In this document: positions 17,594 to 25,657 of the stretch, piece by piece
Numbering within the stretch: position 1 is the first letter of the stretch
How the letters are laid out: every line of letters begins with the position of its first letter
From: Pseudomonadota bacterium
GTDB taxonomy: Bacteria > Bdellovibrionota_C > UBA2361 > OMII01
Reading direction: 5' to 3'
Assembly (NCBI GenBank): GCA_027485595.1
Contig: JAIXQT010000132.1
Span: 1-57,547 of the forward strand
Length of the DNA stretch: 57,547 nt
Program-made: the position numbers and the translations under genes
The notes under the pieces: generated by a model
Seen by the model: only the letters and a program-made list of their open reading frames with translations
What the model was told of the DNA's origin: nothing
Database searches by the model: none

Positions 17594-18133
17594 GGGCTTC
17601 ACAGCGCGAATCGCTAGGATTCGTCCCTCATTGTCTTGGTAATCGGTGCCAGTAAGCACTGATTCGTCCGAATCGAAGTGGATGCGGGTGTTTAAGATAT
17701 CCGATCCATCGGTGTCTTTCCATGAGAGCCACATGCCAACGCGCTCTTTATCCATGTACATCGGTCGAAAGGTAAGAGTTTGGCCGTTTGGTAGTCTGAA
17801 GCTCTCCTTCTTCTTTAAAGAGATCTCCTCTTCTTTGCGTGATATCAAATGAAATGTTGAAAATGGGAGGAGGTTTAATTGAGGTTTGAGATCGGCGATG
17901 GCTTCTTCCACAGAGGTCGTCTGTGTCGTGTCGGTGGATGATTGCCGCGGTCCTGTCGCCTGAATGGTCCGAACGACCACCTTCACCTTTGAATGTTCAC
18001 ACGAATCGTCGGCACCGGCCGAGAGGGGGAAAAACCCAAGGACCCCGAGGCTACAAACAGCGACAAGTCGCTTCCAGAATTGAGCTCTCGGTGTGGTCCG
18101 GTACGTCATATCGTCTCTATTTGGCTGTTCCAA
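17591..18133 (-). CDS. secreted hypothetical protein, last gene of the ECF sigma operon
   Basis: 180 aa with a signal peptide (LVAVCSLGVLGFFPLSAGA). It overlaps the anti-sigma gene by 17 nt. Its TAG stop is the terminal CTA of repeat D. Confidence 0.5.
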   Translation of the reverse strand: MEQPNRDDMTYRTTPRAQFWKRLVAVCSLGVLGFFPLSAGADDSCEHSKVKVVVRTIQATGPRQSSTDTTQTTSVEEAIADLKPQLNLLPFSTFHLISRKEEEISLKKKESFRLPNGQTLTFRPMYMDKERVGMWLSWKDTDGSDILNTRIHFDSDESVLTGTDYQDNEGRILAIRAVKP

Positions 18134-18827
18134 GAGGTGTTACGTCAAGCCCTTCCTCCTGAAGGGATCGAATCGTTGGAGTCGCCCGTAGGCCCTGAGT
18201 TCTCAGAGATTCTACAGATGGACGCTTTCGAACCCAGAAGATGGCCGAGTTGTCGTGAGGATTTTGTATGATCTTAAGGGACCCGGTCGAGCGCATCCAA
18301 TCTACCTCCATCGAGGACCCGGAAGTTGGCGCCTGTCGCGCTGATTCGAGGGAAGCTTGGCGAAAAGCGGATGGATTATGTGCCGCGACGGGGCCTCCCG
18401 TATATACCGGGATAATTTCGCCCGGTTGAGTTGGCCGCGAGATAAACAGAAGAACGCACGCCGCGACCGCTGCTCCTGAAAGCCCTCCGAGAACTGCCTG
18501 CTTTGAGAGGAAGCGCGCCAGAGGCGAGCCATCATCTTGAGCTGTGGCTGGCTCTCGTTGGCCAAGGTAGAGGGCTGCGCGCTCCTCGCCTTCAATCCGT
18601 TGGGAGATCTTATCCCACAGGTCGGGTGATTTGTGCGTGTCGGAGAAGAGAGAGCGGTAGGTCTGAGAGGTTTGTTGAAGATTCCGCACGAAAAGTCTGG
18701 CGCTGTCGTTTCCTTTGATGAGGCGTTCCGCGCGGATGCGGGAGAAGAAAGAGCATTCATTATCAACGTACGAACTCAGCAGGAGTTCCTGGTGTTCGCT
18801 CAATCGTTTCGTTTCACTCTCTTTCAT
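18117..18827 (-). CDS. putative anti-sigma factor (single-pass membrane protein)
   Basis: It lies directly downstream of the ECF sigma gene. It has an N-terminal cytoplasmic anti-sigma-like helix region (LLSSYVDNECSFFSRIRAERLI), a central TM helix (VLGGLSGAAVAACVLLFI) and an extracytoplasmic tail. Confidence 0.6.
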   Translation of the reverse strand: MKESETKRLSEHQELLLSSYVDNECSFFSRIRAERLIKGNDSARLFVRNLQQTSQTYRSLFSDTHKSPDLWDKISQRIEGEERAALYLGQREPATAQDDGSPLARFLSKQAVLGGLSGAAVAACVLLFISRPTQPGEIIPVYTGGPVAAHNPSAFRQASLESARQAPTSGSSMEVDWMRSTGSLKIIQNPHDNSAIFWVRKRPSVESLRTQGLRATPTIRSLQEEGLDVTPLGTAK

Positions 18828-18836
18828 AGTCTCATC

Positions 18837-19553
18837 CTAACGCGCTGTCGCTGGACGCCCTGTTTTTTGAGCAACCGAAGTCCCCAGCTGCTCCTCCTCA
18901 ACACCATGCGCTTGAGCTGGCGCAAATTCCCCGAGAGCTTTCTGTAGAGCTTTCCGAGCGTAGAACAGTCGACTCATAACCGTTCCCTTTGGAGCCCCGA
19001 TCGCTTGAGCGATCTCCTCGTAGTCGAGACCATCAACCTCTCGCAACATGATCACCGCTCGATGCTCCTCGGAGAGTTCTCCAAGCACCTCTTGAATCTT
19101 GCGCCCCAGCTCCTTCCGCGCAAGAGCATCATGAGGACCTTCAACATTCTGGAGATGATCGGCGACACCTGCTCCTGGTGCCTCCCGTGTTCCATCGTGG
19201 CCTGCCGCTCTGTTGACGCTCGTGTGCTCCTTATATTCAAGGTGAGTGCCACCACGTCGTCCTGCCTTGCGCCGTATGTCGATCGCCATGTTGAAGCATA
19301 TGCGATAGAGCCACGTATAAAAGGAGCTTTGTCCTTTGAATTGTCCCAATGATAAGAATGCCTTAACAAAGGTTTCTTGAACAACGTCCTCCGCATCCTC
19401 TCGAGTTTTGACAATGTCCAGGGCGGTCGTGAGGAGGCGCCCCTGATATCGCTCCACGAGGGCGCGGTAGGCCTCCTTGTCGCCAGCAAGCGTCATTCGA
19501 ACCAGGTCGTTGTCGTCACGGGCCGTTAGATCGGCCTTTACGGGGGTGCTCAT
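18837..19553 (-). CDS. RNA polymerase ECF-type sigma-70 factor
   Basis: Region 2 is DAEDVVQETFVKAFLSLGQFKG...FYTWLYRICFNMAIDIRR. Region 4 is HRAVIMLREVDGLDYEEIAQAIGAPKGTVMSRLFYARKAL. The ORF is open to a TTG at 19640, and the ATG at 19553 is more plausible. Confidence 0.85.
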   Translation of the reverse strand: MSTPVKADLTARDDNDLVRMTLAGDKEAYRALVERYQGRLLTTALDIVKTREDAEDVVQETFVKAFLSLGQFKGQSSFYTWLYRICFNMAIDIRRKAGRRGGTHLEYKEHTSVNRAAGHDGTREAPGAGVADHLQNVEGPHDALARKELGRKIQEVLGELSEEHRAVIMLREVDGLDYEEIAQAIGAPKGTVMSRLFYARKALQKALGEFAPAQAHGVEEEQLGTSVAQKTGRPATAR

Positions 19554-19668
19554 AGGGTTAACGGTGAGGTCTGTCACAAGGGCTCTCGTGTAGGATACCC
19601 GCCTGGACGACCGTCGACCCAGGACACTACCTTGAATCAAGACAGAATCATAGGAACTTGCCTTGGTC

Positions 19669-19902
19669 TGGCACTGTGGTGAACAAAGATCTCCGGTTGC
19701 GCATCGCGCCGGCTTGGGAGGGTTTTGGTTGGGACTTTGAGAAAATCCTTAATGTATCTAGAAGGATATGCAAACCCGTTGAACACGTGCCGAGGTATTC
19801 ACTCGTCTCGGCCCCGCCGCAGCCTTGGCCACATCGGGGCCGTTTTTTCGTGAGCGCAGCCTCGTTTCGCCGCACCTCTCAACCATCTGACCACCCCTAC
19901 TG
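19669..19902. mobile_element. MITE-like element, copy C (diverged, with extra internal sequence)
   Basis: GCACTGTGGTGAACAAAGATCTCCGGTTGCGCATCGCGCC ... AAAATCCTTAATGTATCTAGAAGGATATGC ... CCTCGTTTCGCCGCACCTCTCAACCATCTGACCACCCCTAC aligns with copy A. It sits in the divergent region between the sigma operon and a small ORF. Confidence 0.55.
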
Positions 19903-20109
19903 CAGCACCGTGCGAGAGGACGAAATTACATAATGCCTCGCTTGTAGGTAGTGGCAATTGACCGCCCAAGGTTGTGCTGTGCGTGAGTCTTGTTACCAAA
20001 GTTTTACAAACCTCTCACCTACCCGTGACAACTCTCGTGTTGGGCCGTGCCATACATACACCTATGTCCGAGAAAACGGACGACTTAATGTAGGAATAGA
20101 GGGGATGTT

Positions 20110-20286
20110 ATGAACCGTAGCGATGTTGAGAAGAAGATCACTGAAGAGACCACAACTGAAGTTCTTGAGGTTGAGGCAACCAACTCGTACCTTCACAACC
20201 TCCTGGAGGAGATCTGCGCTGGGGAGGAGTTCTCAATCCTTCGCGAGACCCTTCGACTTTACTGTGAGGAGATCACTATTCACTAA
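20110..20286 (+). CDS. small acidic hypothetical protein (58 aa; below the ORF-track cutoff)
   Basis: My translation is MNRSDVEKKITEETTTEVLEVEATNSYLHNLLEEICAGEEFSILRETLRLYCEEITIH. The ATG is preceded by GAGGGG. Confidence 0.35.
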   Translation: MNRSDVEKKITEETTTEVLEVEATNSYLHNLLEEICAGEEFSILRETLRLYCEEITIH

Positions 20287-20456
20287 TATCTCCAGTCTAC
20301 CTCCCTGACTTTTCAATTTATGGATCTGATCAGTCTATTTAATAGATGAACGATAGACCCCGCTCGGCATCTTGGCTCGTCGCGTTTTCGAGTAGGTGAT
20401 GGCGAGCATGGAGAGGGCGTACGTCCTTGTTTTGAGGCATGAATCGCGCCTTTCCA

Positions 20457-20618
20457 CGTGAGCGTGCTCGTGCACGTAAACGTGAACGTACCCGAAAAAG
20501 CAGCTTTTTCCGCTCCCGCCCGAAATAGAGCAGTATTCTCGATTATGGCTCTTCGCAGAATCGAGTGGGTAAGACTGGTGTCTCCGGACGTGAACATGCT
20601 CGTGAACGTCGGCATAAT
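20457..20618 (+). repeat. two arrays of phased CGTG hexamers
   Basis: 20457-20492 reads CGTGag CGTGct CGTGca CGTAaa CGTGaa CGTAcc. 20589-20618 reads CGTGaa CATGct CGTGaa CGTCgg CATAat. Related arrays occur at 2695-2724 and, on the minus strand, at 24367-24384. Confidence 0.7.
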
Positions 20619-21107
20619 ACCGAGTCCTACCCACTCGATTCCGCGATGACCCTGCATCTTTTTGATGAAACAGAGACGATGGTTTGAGAAAATATGCAGC
20701 CGACCTCAAGCATACTTCCATGTGTTGCAAGCGGGCTCGTCAGGAAGTAACACCGCCATATGACCACGATCACACCTTTTCCCTGTTATGACGAAGAGTG
20801 GGTCCTCACCTATATCAAAAAAAAAAGTTTCTCATTCCCTAGTCAGCACCCCTGAGCCGCTTTAGCTTGGTTTCTAAGGCACGCCGTTCAATTCGCCTCG
20901 TACGGATAGTATTCCGCGGAGGTGAATGAAACGGTCTCAAGGTTCCAACAGGTAATGCTCTCGCCGTGAGAGCTGGTTTTTAGTTGGGACTGCTGGCGGA
21001 CGATGTAGCTAAGGTTTTGTGGGCGAATTTCCGATTGGATGGAAGTTCGCCCACTCCCCCGACCTTTCGTGCACGCCCCAGCCAACGGTTAGTAGGGGGA
21101 GCGAAGG

Positions 21108-24062
21108 GTGTTGGATATGCAACGAAGGTTTTATCGAAGTGGAGGTCGCCCCCTGAATATCTCTGGGGCGGTGTCCTATCCGCGCGAGAGAGCTCGAGTG
21201 TGGGCTGTGTCTCGCGTGATTCAAGGATTGATCGCACTCTCGGCCATGGGCTTGAGCGCTCAATCGCACGCGCAAACCTCATCCCTACCGGTTTTTCCAG
21301 GGGCGGTGGGGTTCGGGACCACGACTGTGGCGGGGTCAGGGCGAGGCACGGTGCCCGCGAAGACAACGGTGATAAAGGTTACTAACCTTAACGATTCGGG
21401 AACGGGATCTCTTCGAGCGTGCTTAACAGCAAGTGGGCCACGTACCTGCGTATTTGAAGTTGGGGGATATATCAATCTCCTTACGAAGATCACGATTAAA
21501 ACTCCGAACGTCTCGGTATTTGGGCAAACGGCGCCATATCCGGGAATTCAGGTTCGGGATGGGAGCATCGTCGTCCAAGCTGACGATGTATTGATACAAC
21601 ACATCAGCTCTCGACCAGGCGATAGAAACCTCCCGACAGATGGAGGCACCGGTCTTAAGGCGAGTGAACGAGACGCGTTTGGAGTCTGGGGTACTTCTTC
21701 CTCTGATCCCGTTGAGCGTGTGGTGTTCGATCACGTGTCCGCAACGTGGGGTATGGATGAGTCCATCTCAACCTATACGGGTGTGAATGGGACGGCTGAT
21801 GGCACAACGCCCGTCCGAAACATCACTATCTCCAATTCGATTATCGCTGAGGGGCTCAACAATTCGAATCACGGGGATACGGAAGGGAAGCACTCTATGT
21901 TCTCCCTGCTCGGTTCGAACACGAAAAACATAACGTACTATCGAAACCTCGTATCGAGCTCGAACGGACGTCACATTCGAATGAAGATGAACTCTGATGT
22001 CGAGTTCCTCAACAACTATGTCTACAATTTTGCGAACTCCGCGACCAATGGCTACAACCAGTGGAACATGGACTACAGTTCCGGAGCTACCGGTAACCGT
22101 ATTAATTTCATGAGTAACTACTACCAGCGAGGACCGACGACGGCGGATACAACATCGCCGGTGTTCTTCTATAGTAGCTCCACGCCGCTGGCATCTCGTG
22201 TCTATGTGTCGCGCAATATCTCAACGAATACGCGGCCCAGTGATTCGGGAAGTGAATGGCTCATAGCGAACGCGAACGGAAAAGGACTGCCATCTTCAAT
22301 GCAGGCTACCTCGCCAGCGTTTCCGTTATCGAACGCAGCCGCAAGCCTGGTTTCGCCCACGGCTCTGCTGAGTACCGTGACCCCTCAAGTGGGGGCACGC
22401 TTCTGGAACAGGTATCCGCACGACAGTCGTATTATTAACGAGGTCGTTACTAACACCGGAAAGCATAAGGACTGTACTACCACGAGAACGTGTTGCGTCA
22501 CGGGTACTGGAGGGAGTGGATATTGTCCGTCTCCAGGGAGAATCCTTATCGATGGTTCGACCAAGGACACTACAAAACCTATCGACGCGTGGTCGACGCT
22601 AACGGCGACGACACGCTCGTTTGTCATACCGGCTAATCCAACGGCGATAGCCGCCAACGGATACACCAATCTGGAGAACTATATATTCTCCTTCACCTCT
22701 GACACTGGAGCGGGAGGCGCTACCCCAACGCCAACGCAGGTGCCGGTGACATCGACGCCGACGTCGACGTCGACGCATACGCCCACTCCAACGTGGACGC
22801 CGACCTGGACACCCACGGGGACTCCCACGTGGACAGCAACGTCGACTTTCACCCCTGCGCCCACAGCAACGTGGACTCCTGTGCCTGCGACGGCCACACC
22901 TACCGCGACCTTCACCGCGGTGCCGACTGTCCCGACGGCAACAGCTGTTCCTACGCAAACGACACAAAAGCTCTTCAAGGTGCTTAAGGTTACCTCCTTG
23001 GCGGATAGTGGGGCGGGCACCTTGCGAGATTGCGTTGTGCAATCGTACCCACGAGTGTGTGTCTTTGAGGTATCTGGGCGGATCTCGTTGGCATCCGATC
23101 TTTTGGTGACGCAACCCGACCTGATTGTCGCGGGACAAACAGCTCCGTCTCCGGGAGTCATGATCACGAACGGGGGCTTTAACATTCAGAGCCACGACGT
23201 CCGGATTGAGCATCTCGCGTTACGGAGTGGTGACGAGAGCGCTGGAAGCGACCCCGCCGTACGCCGATCGGTGACGGTGCAGGGGCTTGTGGCCTACAAC
23301 GTCAAACTCAGGAACCTCTCGATGTCGTGGGGTGTTGATTCGAACATGACAACGATCGGTCCTGTTGAGAACGTGACGGTCCAAGACAGCATCATAGCGG
23401 AGGCTCTATGGCGCTCGATTCATCCACTGGGGGCGCGTTCGAACGGCGTGCTCGTAGGGGAAAAGGGTCGGGGCGTTGTATTTGTGGGAAATCTCCTCGC
23501 TGCGAACGTCGACCGAAATATTCGGTGGAAGTACGATACCCGAGGTGAAATGATCAATAACGTCATCTACGGATGGGGAGGAACCACCAATTGGAACACA
23601 ACCAACATCTCTGACCTTGAGAATAAGGACCTTGGGGTGTACCTCGATGTGATCGGAAACGTCTACCAACCAGGCCCGGCTGGATTGAAGGACGCCTACG
23701 CGGTCTACACTGAGAATACGCCATCAGGGACGCGACTCTTCGTCTTGGATAACATCGCTCCTAAGATATCGAACGTGGAGTCCCAGTATCGGTGGGGGAG
23801 TCGTTTGTTCTCTGGTCCGACACCTATCTCTGCAGCCACCACCCTCAGTTCGGTGGCCGCGAAGGCGGGGACTCGCCCATGGGATCGAAACGTCGACGAC
23901 CTGCGTATTATCTCGGGGGTCAAGGATAAGACGTTGGGCCTCAGAGACAAAGTTGGAACGTGGCCATCATATGCTCGGAACTATCGTGCGGTGAGTGTTG
24001 CTACGGATCCTATGACCGAGAGTGAACTCAACGCGGCGTTAGCGCTGTTCGAGACGAAGTAA
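21108..24062 (+). CDS. secreted protein with two pectate-lyase-like (COG3866-type, right-handed beta-helix) domains joined by a Thr/Pro linker
   Basis: It has a signal peptide (LIALSAMGLSAQSHAQ). Domain 1 is FPGAVGFGTTTVAGSGRG...VTNLNDSGTGSLRACL...PRTCVFEVGGYINL...VFGQTAPYPGIQV. Domain 2 repeats this pattern as KVTSLADSGAGTLRDCV...PRVCVFEVSGRISL...VAGQTAPSPGVMI. The start may be Met4 (21117). Confidence 0.8.
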   Translation: MLDMQRRFYRSGGRPLNISGAVSYPRERARVWAVSRVIQGLIALSAMGLSAQSHAQTSSLPVFPGAVGFGTTTVAGSGRGTVPAKTTVIKVTNLNDSGTGSLRACLTASGPRTCVFEVGGYINLLTKITIKTPNVSVFGQTAPYPGIQVRDGSIVVQADDVLIQHISSRPGDRNLPTDGGTGLKASERDAFGVWGTSSSDPVERVVFDHVSATWGMDESISTYTGVNGTADGTTPVRNITISNSIIAEGLNNSNHGDTEGKHSMFSLLGSNTKNITYYRNLVSSSNGRHIRMKMNSDVEFLNNYVYNFANSATNGYNQWNMDYSSGATGNRINFMSNYYQRGPTTADTTSPVFFYSSSTPLASRVYVSRNISTNTRPSDSGSEWLIANANGKGLPSSMQATSPAFPLSNAAASLVSPTALLSTVTPQVGARFWNRYPHDSRIINEVVTNTGKHKDCTTTRTCCVTGTGGSGYCPSPGRILIDGSTKDTTKPIDAWSTLTATTRSFVIPANPTAIAANGYTNLENYIFSFTSDTGAGGATPTPTQVPVTSTPTSTSTHTPTPTWTPTWTPTGTPTWTATSTFTPAPTATWTPVPATATPTATFTAVPTVPTATAVPTQTTQKLFKVLKVTSLADSGAGTLRDCVVQSYPRVCVFEVSGRISLASDLLVTQPDLIVAGQTAPSPGVMITNGGFNIQSHDVRIEHLALRSGDESAGSDPAVRRSVTVQGLVAYNVKLRNLSMSWGVDSNMTTIGPVENVTVQDSIIAEALWRSIHPLGARSNGVLVGEKGRGVVFVGNLLAANVDRNIRWKYDTRGEMINNVIYGWGGTTNWNTTNISDLENKDLGVYLDVIGNVYQPGPAGLKDAYAVYTENTPSGTRLFVLDNIAPKISNVESQYRWGSRLFSGPTPISAATTLSSVAAKAGTRPWDRNVDDLRIISGVKDKTLGLRDKVGTWPSYARNYRAVSVATDPMTESELNAALALFETK
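22719..22965 (+). repeat. low-complexity Thr/Pro-rich coding linker (imperfect ACN-CCN repeats)
   Basis: It encodes ATPTPTQVPVTSTPTSTSTHTPTPTWTPTWTPTGTPTWTATSTFTPAPTATWTPVPATATPTATFTAVPTVPTATAVPTQT between the two lyase-like domains. Confidence 0.85.
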
Positions 24063-24134
24063 GAAATGGAGGGGACGGTGGCCACTCTTTCGAGCCCACG
24101 GCCGAGAGAATGGCTCCGTCCTCTCAACGTTCGC

Positions 24135-24347
24135 CTAGCGGGGTGATGAAAAAATACTCATTCGTGGAAGTTTTGATGAAGGCGCACATAAACTATCGAC
24201 ATGAACGACGATAAATCCTGTAGCACCGCGCTGGGTAGACCCTTGCGGTGCTCTTCCCCCATCGCAACCTGTAAGCGATGCGACAAAGATATAGACAACG
24301 ACCATCGTCACGAACATGGTGAATAAAAATCTGAACATAGGTTTCAC
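24135..24347 (-). CDS. small hydrophobic hypothetical protein
   Basis: 70-aa ORF with a GTG start, one TM/signal segment (FLFTMFVTMVVVYIFVASLTGC) and a lipobox-like LTGC. Support is weak. Confidence 0.3.
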   Translation of the reverse strand: MKPMFRFLFTMFVTMVVVYIFVASLTGCDGGRAPQGSTQRGATGFIVVHVDSLCAPSSKLPRMSIFSSPR

Positions 24348-24392
24348 CGCAGGAGCATGTTGTTCATATCGGTTACGTTCACGTGATTGATG

Positions 24393-24425
24393 CCACCCTC
24401 AGAGGGCTCGCGCCCTCTGAGGTGG
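24393..24425 (-). terminator. terminator-like hairpin downstream of the DUF892 gene
   Basis: CCACCCTCAGAGGGC tcgc GCCCTCTGAGGTGG forms a 14-bp stem with one bulge. There is no clear U-tract. Confidence 0.5.
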
Positions 24426-24441
24426 TAGGAAGTAACGACAC

Positions 24442-24978
24442 TCAAGCTGGGCCCGCGTGACTGGCTTGGGTATTAATACCACTTGAGAAAAGCCCTCCCT
24501 CGGCGAGCGTGGTAAGCCTGCGGTCAATAGCACTCTCATCGTCGAGGGACTCCTGAAGGAGATCCGCCACATCATCCATGTCCAATTGCTCCGCGAACGC
24601 GCGAGCGGTTCCGTACCCTGCTATCTCGTAGTGCTCAACCCGTTGAAGCGCTCCAATAAGCACGGCGTCTTTTACCTGTCGATCCCCGGAGGCGCCGATC
24701 ACCTCATCCGCTTCATCGAGTAATCCTTGCATCGCCTCACACTCGTCACGCCCAGGCTTGCGGCCAACCATCTCAAAGATCCGCTCCAGACGAGCCACGT
24801 GAGTGCGAGTTTCCTCAATGTGTTCCTCAATCGCGCTCCGTAGCGCAGGGTTATCAACCGACTCAGCTACCCGTGGTAGCTTGCTGATGAGCTGGTGTTC
24901 CGCGTCGTACAGATCGGCTAGTTCGCTGTAAAGCGCCTCCGTGAGTGTTGTTAATTGTAATGGTACGCCCTTGGTCAT
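24442..24978 (-). CDS. ferritin-like DUF892 protein (YciE/YciF stress-protein family)
   Basis: LYSELADLYDAEHQLISKLPRVAE...EEHIEETRTHVARLERIFE...QRVEHYEIAGYGTARAFA is the typical YciE/YciF four-helix-bundle pattern. Confidence 0.85.
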   Translation of the reverse strand: MTKGVPLQLTTLTEALYSELADLYDAEHQLISKLPRVAESVDNPALRSAIEEHIEETRTHVARLERIFEMVGRKPGRDECEAMQGLLDEADEVIGASGDRQVKDAVLIGALQRVEHYEIAGYGTARAFAEQLDMDDVADLLQESLDDESAIDRRLTTLAEGGLFSSGINTQASHAGPA

Positions 24979-25252
24979 GATGAGCCTCTCCTATGTTTTG
25001 CACTCGTCTTTGGTATCTCGGGTAGATACCGCGGGGCACCCTATACCTAACGCAGGATGCGGGGGATGAGAGAGATTAGCCATGTCGACACATTTGCTTC
25101 TGGGATGTGGCGGCTTGTTGTGAAAGAGACCCCGGCAACCACTGTCGGATCTCATAGATCATTCGCTGGATGCTGGTACATTTGGGTGAGCGCGGTTTCG
25201 ATCGGGGTTAGAAGCAAAAAAGTTCTGCAATCCCCATGTGGGAGGAGAAGAT

Positions 25253-25558
25253 ATGGAGAATCAACAGGTGTCATCATCACAATCTGAAAGCATTCAAAAC
25301 ATACAATGGGCGGGTCGATCGATCTCATCGAAAGTAGAAGGCCTGTCCCCCGATCTTTTTTTGACCGGGGCCGCCGTATCTATAGGGCTGTCGCTGCTCC
25401 TACGCGGTACCGGGCGACACCACGATGCGCAGTTCGTGGGGCAGTGGGCCCCGACACTGTTGTTGCTCGGGCTCTACACTCGAGAAGGACGTGGTCTTCG
25501 AACGGTGGCAGCACGACTACAGTCGGGTGCATCGAGCGAAGAGCGAGGGATGCATTAG
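25253..25558 (+). CDS. small hypothetical membrane protein (101 aa)
   Basis: The ATG at 25253 is preceded by GGAGGAG. It has two hydrophobic segments (LFLTGAAVSIGLSLLL, WAPTLLLLGLY). Its TAG stop (25556-25558) is the TA flank plus the first base of MITE fragment E. Confidence 0.45.
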   Translation: MENQQVSSSQSESIQNIQWAGRSISSKVEGLSPDLFLTGAAVSIGLSLLLRGTGRHHDAQFVGQWAPTLLLLGLYTREGRGLRTVAARLQSGASSEERGMH

Positions 25559-25602
25559 CAGGGTGGTGAAAAATGATCTCCTGTTGCGCCTTTCGATGGT
25601 TT
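25556..25602. repeat. solo left end of the MITE-like element (copy E)
   Basis: TA|GCAGGGTGGTGAAAAATGATCTCCTGTTGCGCCTTTCGATGGTTT matches the left arm of copies A and F. Similarity is lost after about 25602. Confidence 0.7.
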
Positions 25603-25657
25603 GAGGGCACTCGAACCCATTCTTGACGACACGTGACGCCAGTTCTAGTGAAATCCC

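Noticed and set aside
20313-20730. ORFs of 114, 131 and 63 aa with striking His-rich or alternating patterns (YVHVYVHEHAHV, FTFTCTSTLT, VHVNVNV) could encode metal-binding peptides.
   Set aside because: All three frames on both strands are held open by the same CGTGNN hexamer arrays. The remainder of each ORF is not protein-like, and there is no good ribosome-binding site. I treat this region as a nucleotide-level repeat.
22599-23213. Minus-strand ORFs of 204 aa (Arg/Cys-rich) and 168 aa (22679..23185) overlap the lyase gene.
   Set aside because: They are antisense to the Thr/Pro-linker coding repeat. They are low-complexity artefacts of ACN/CCN repeats inside a well-supported 984-aa gene.
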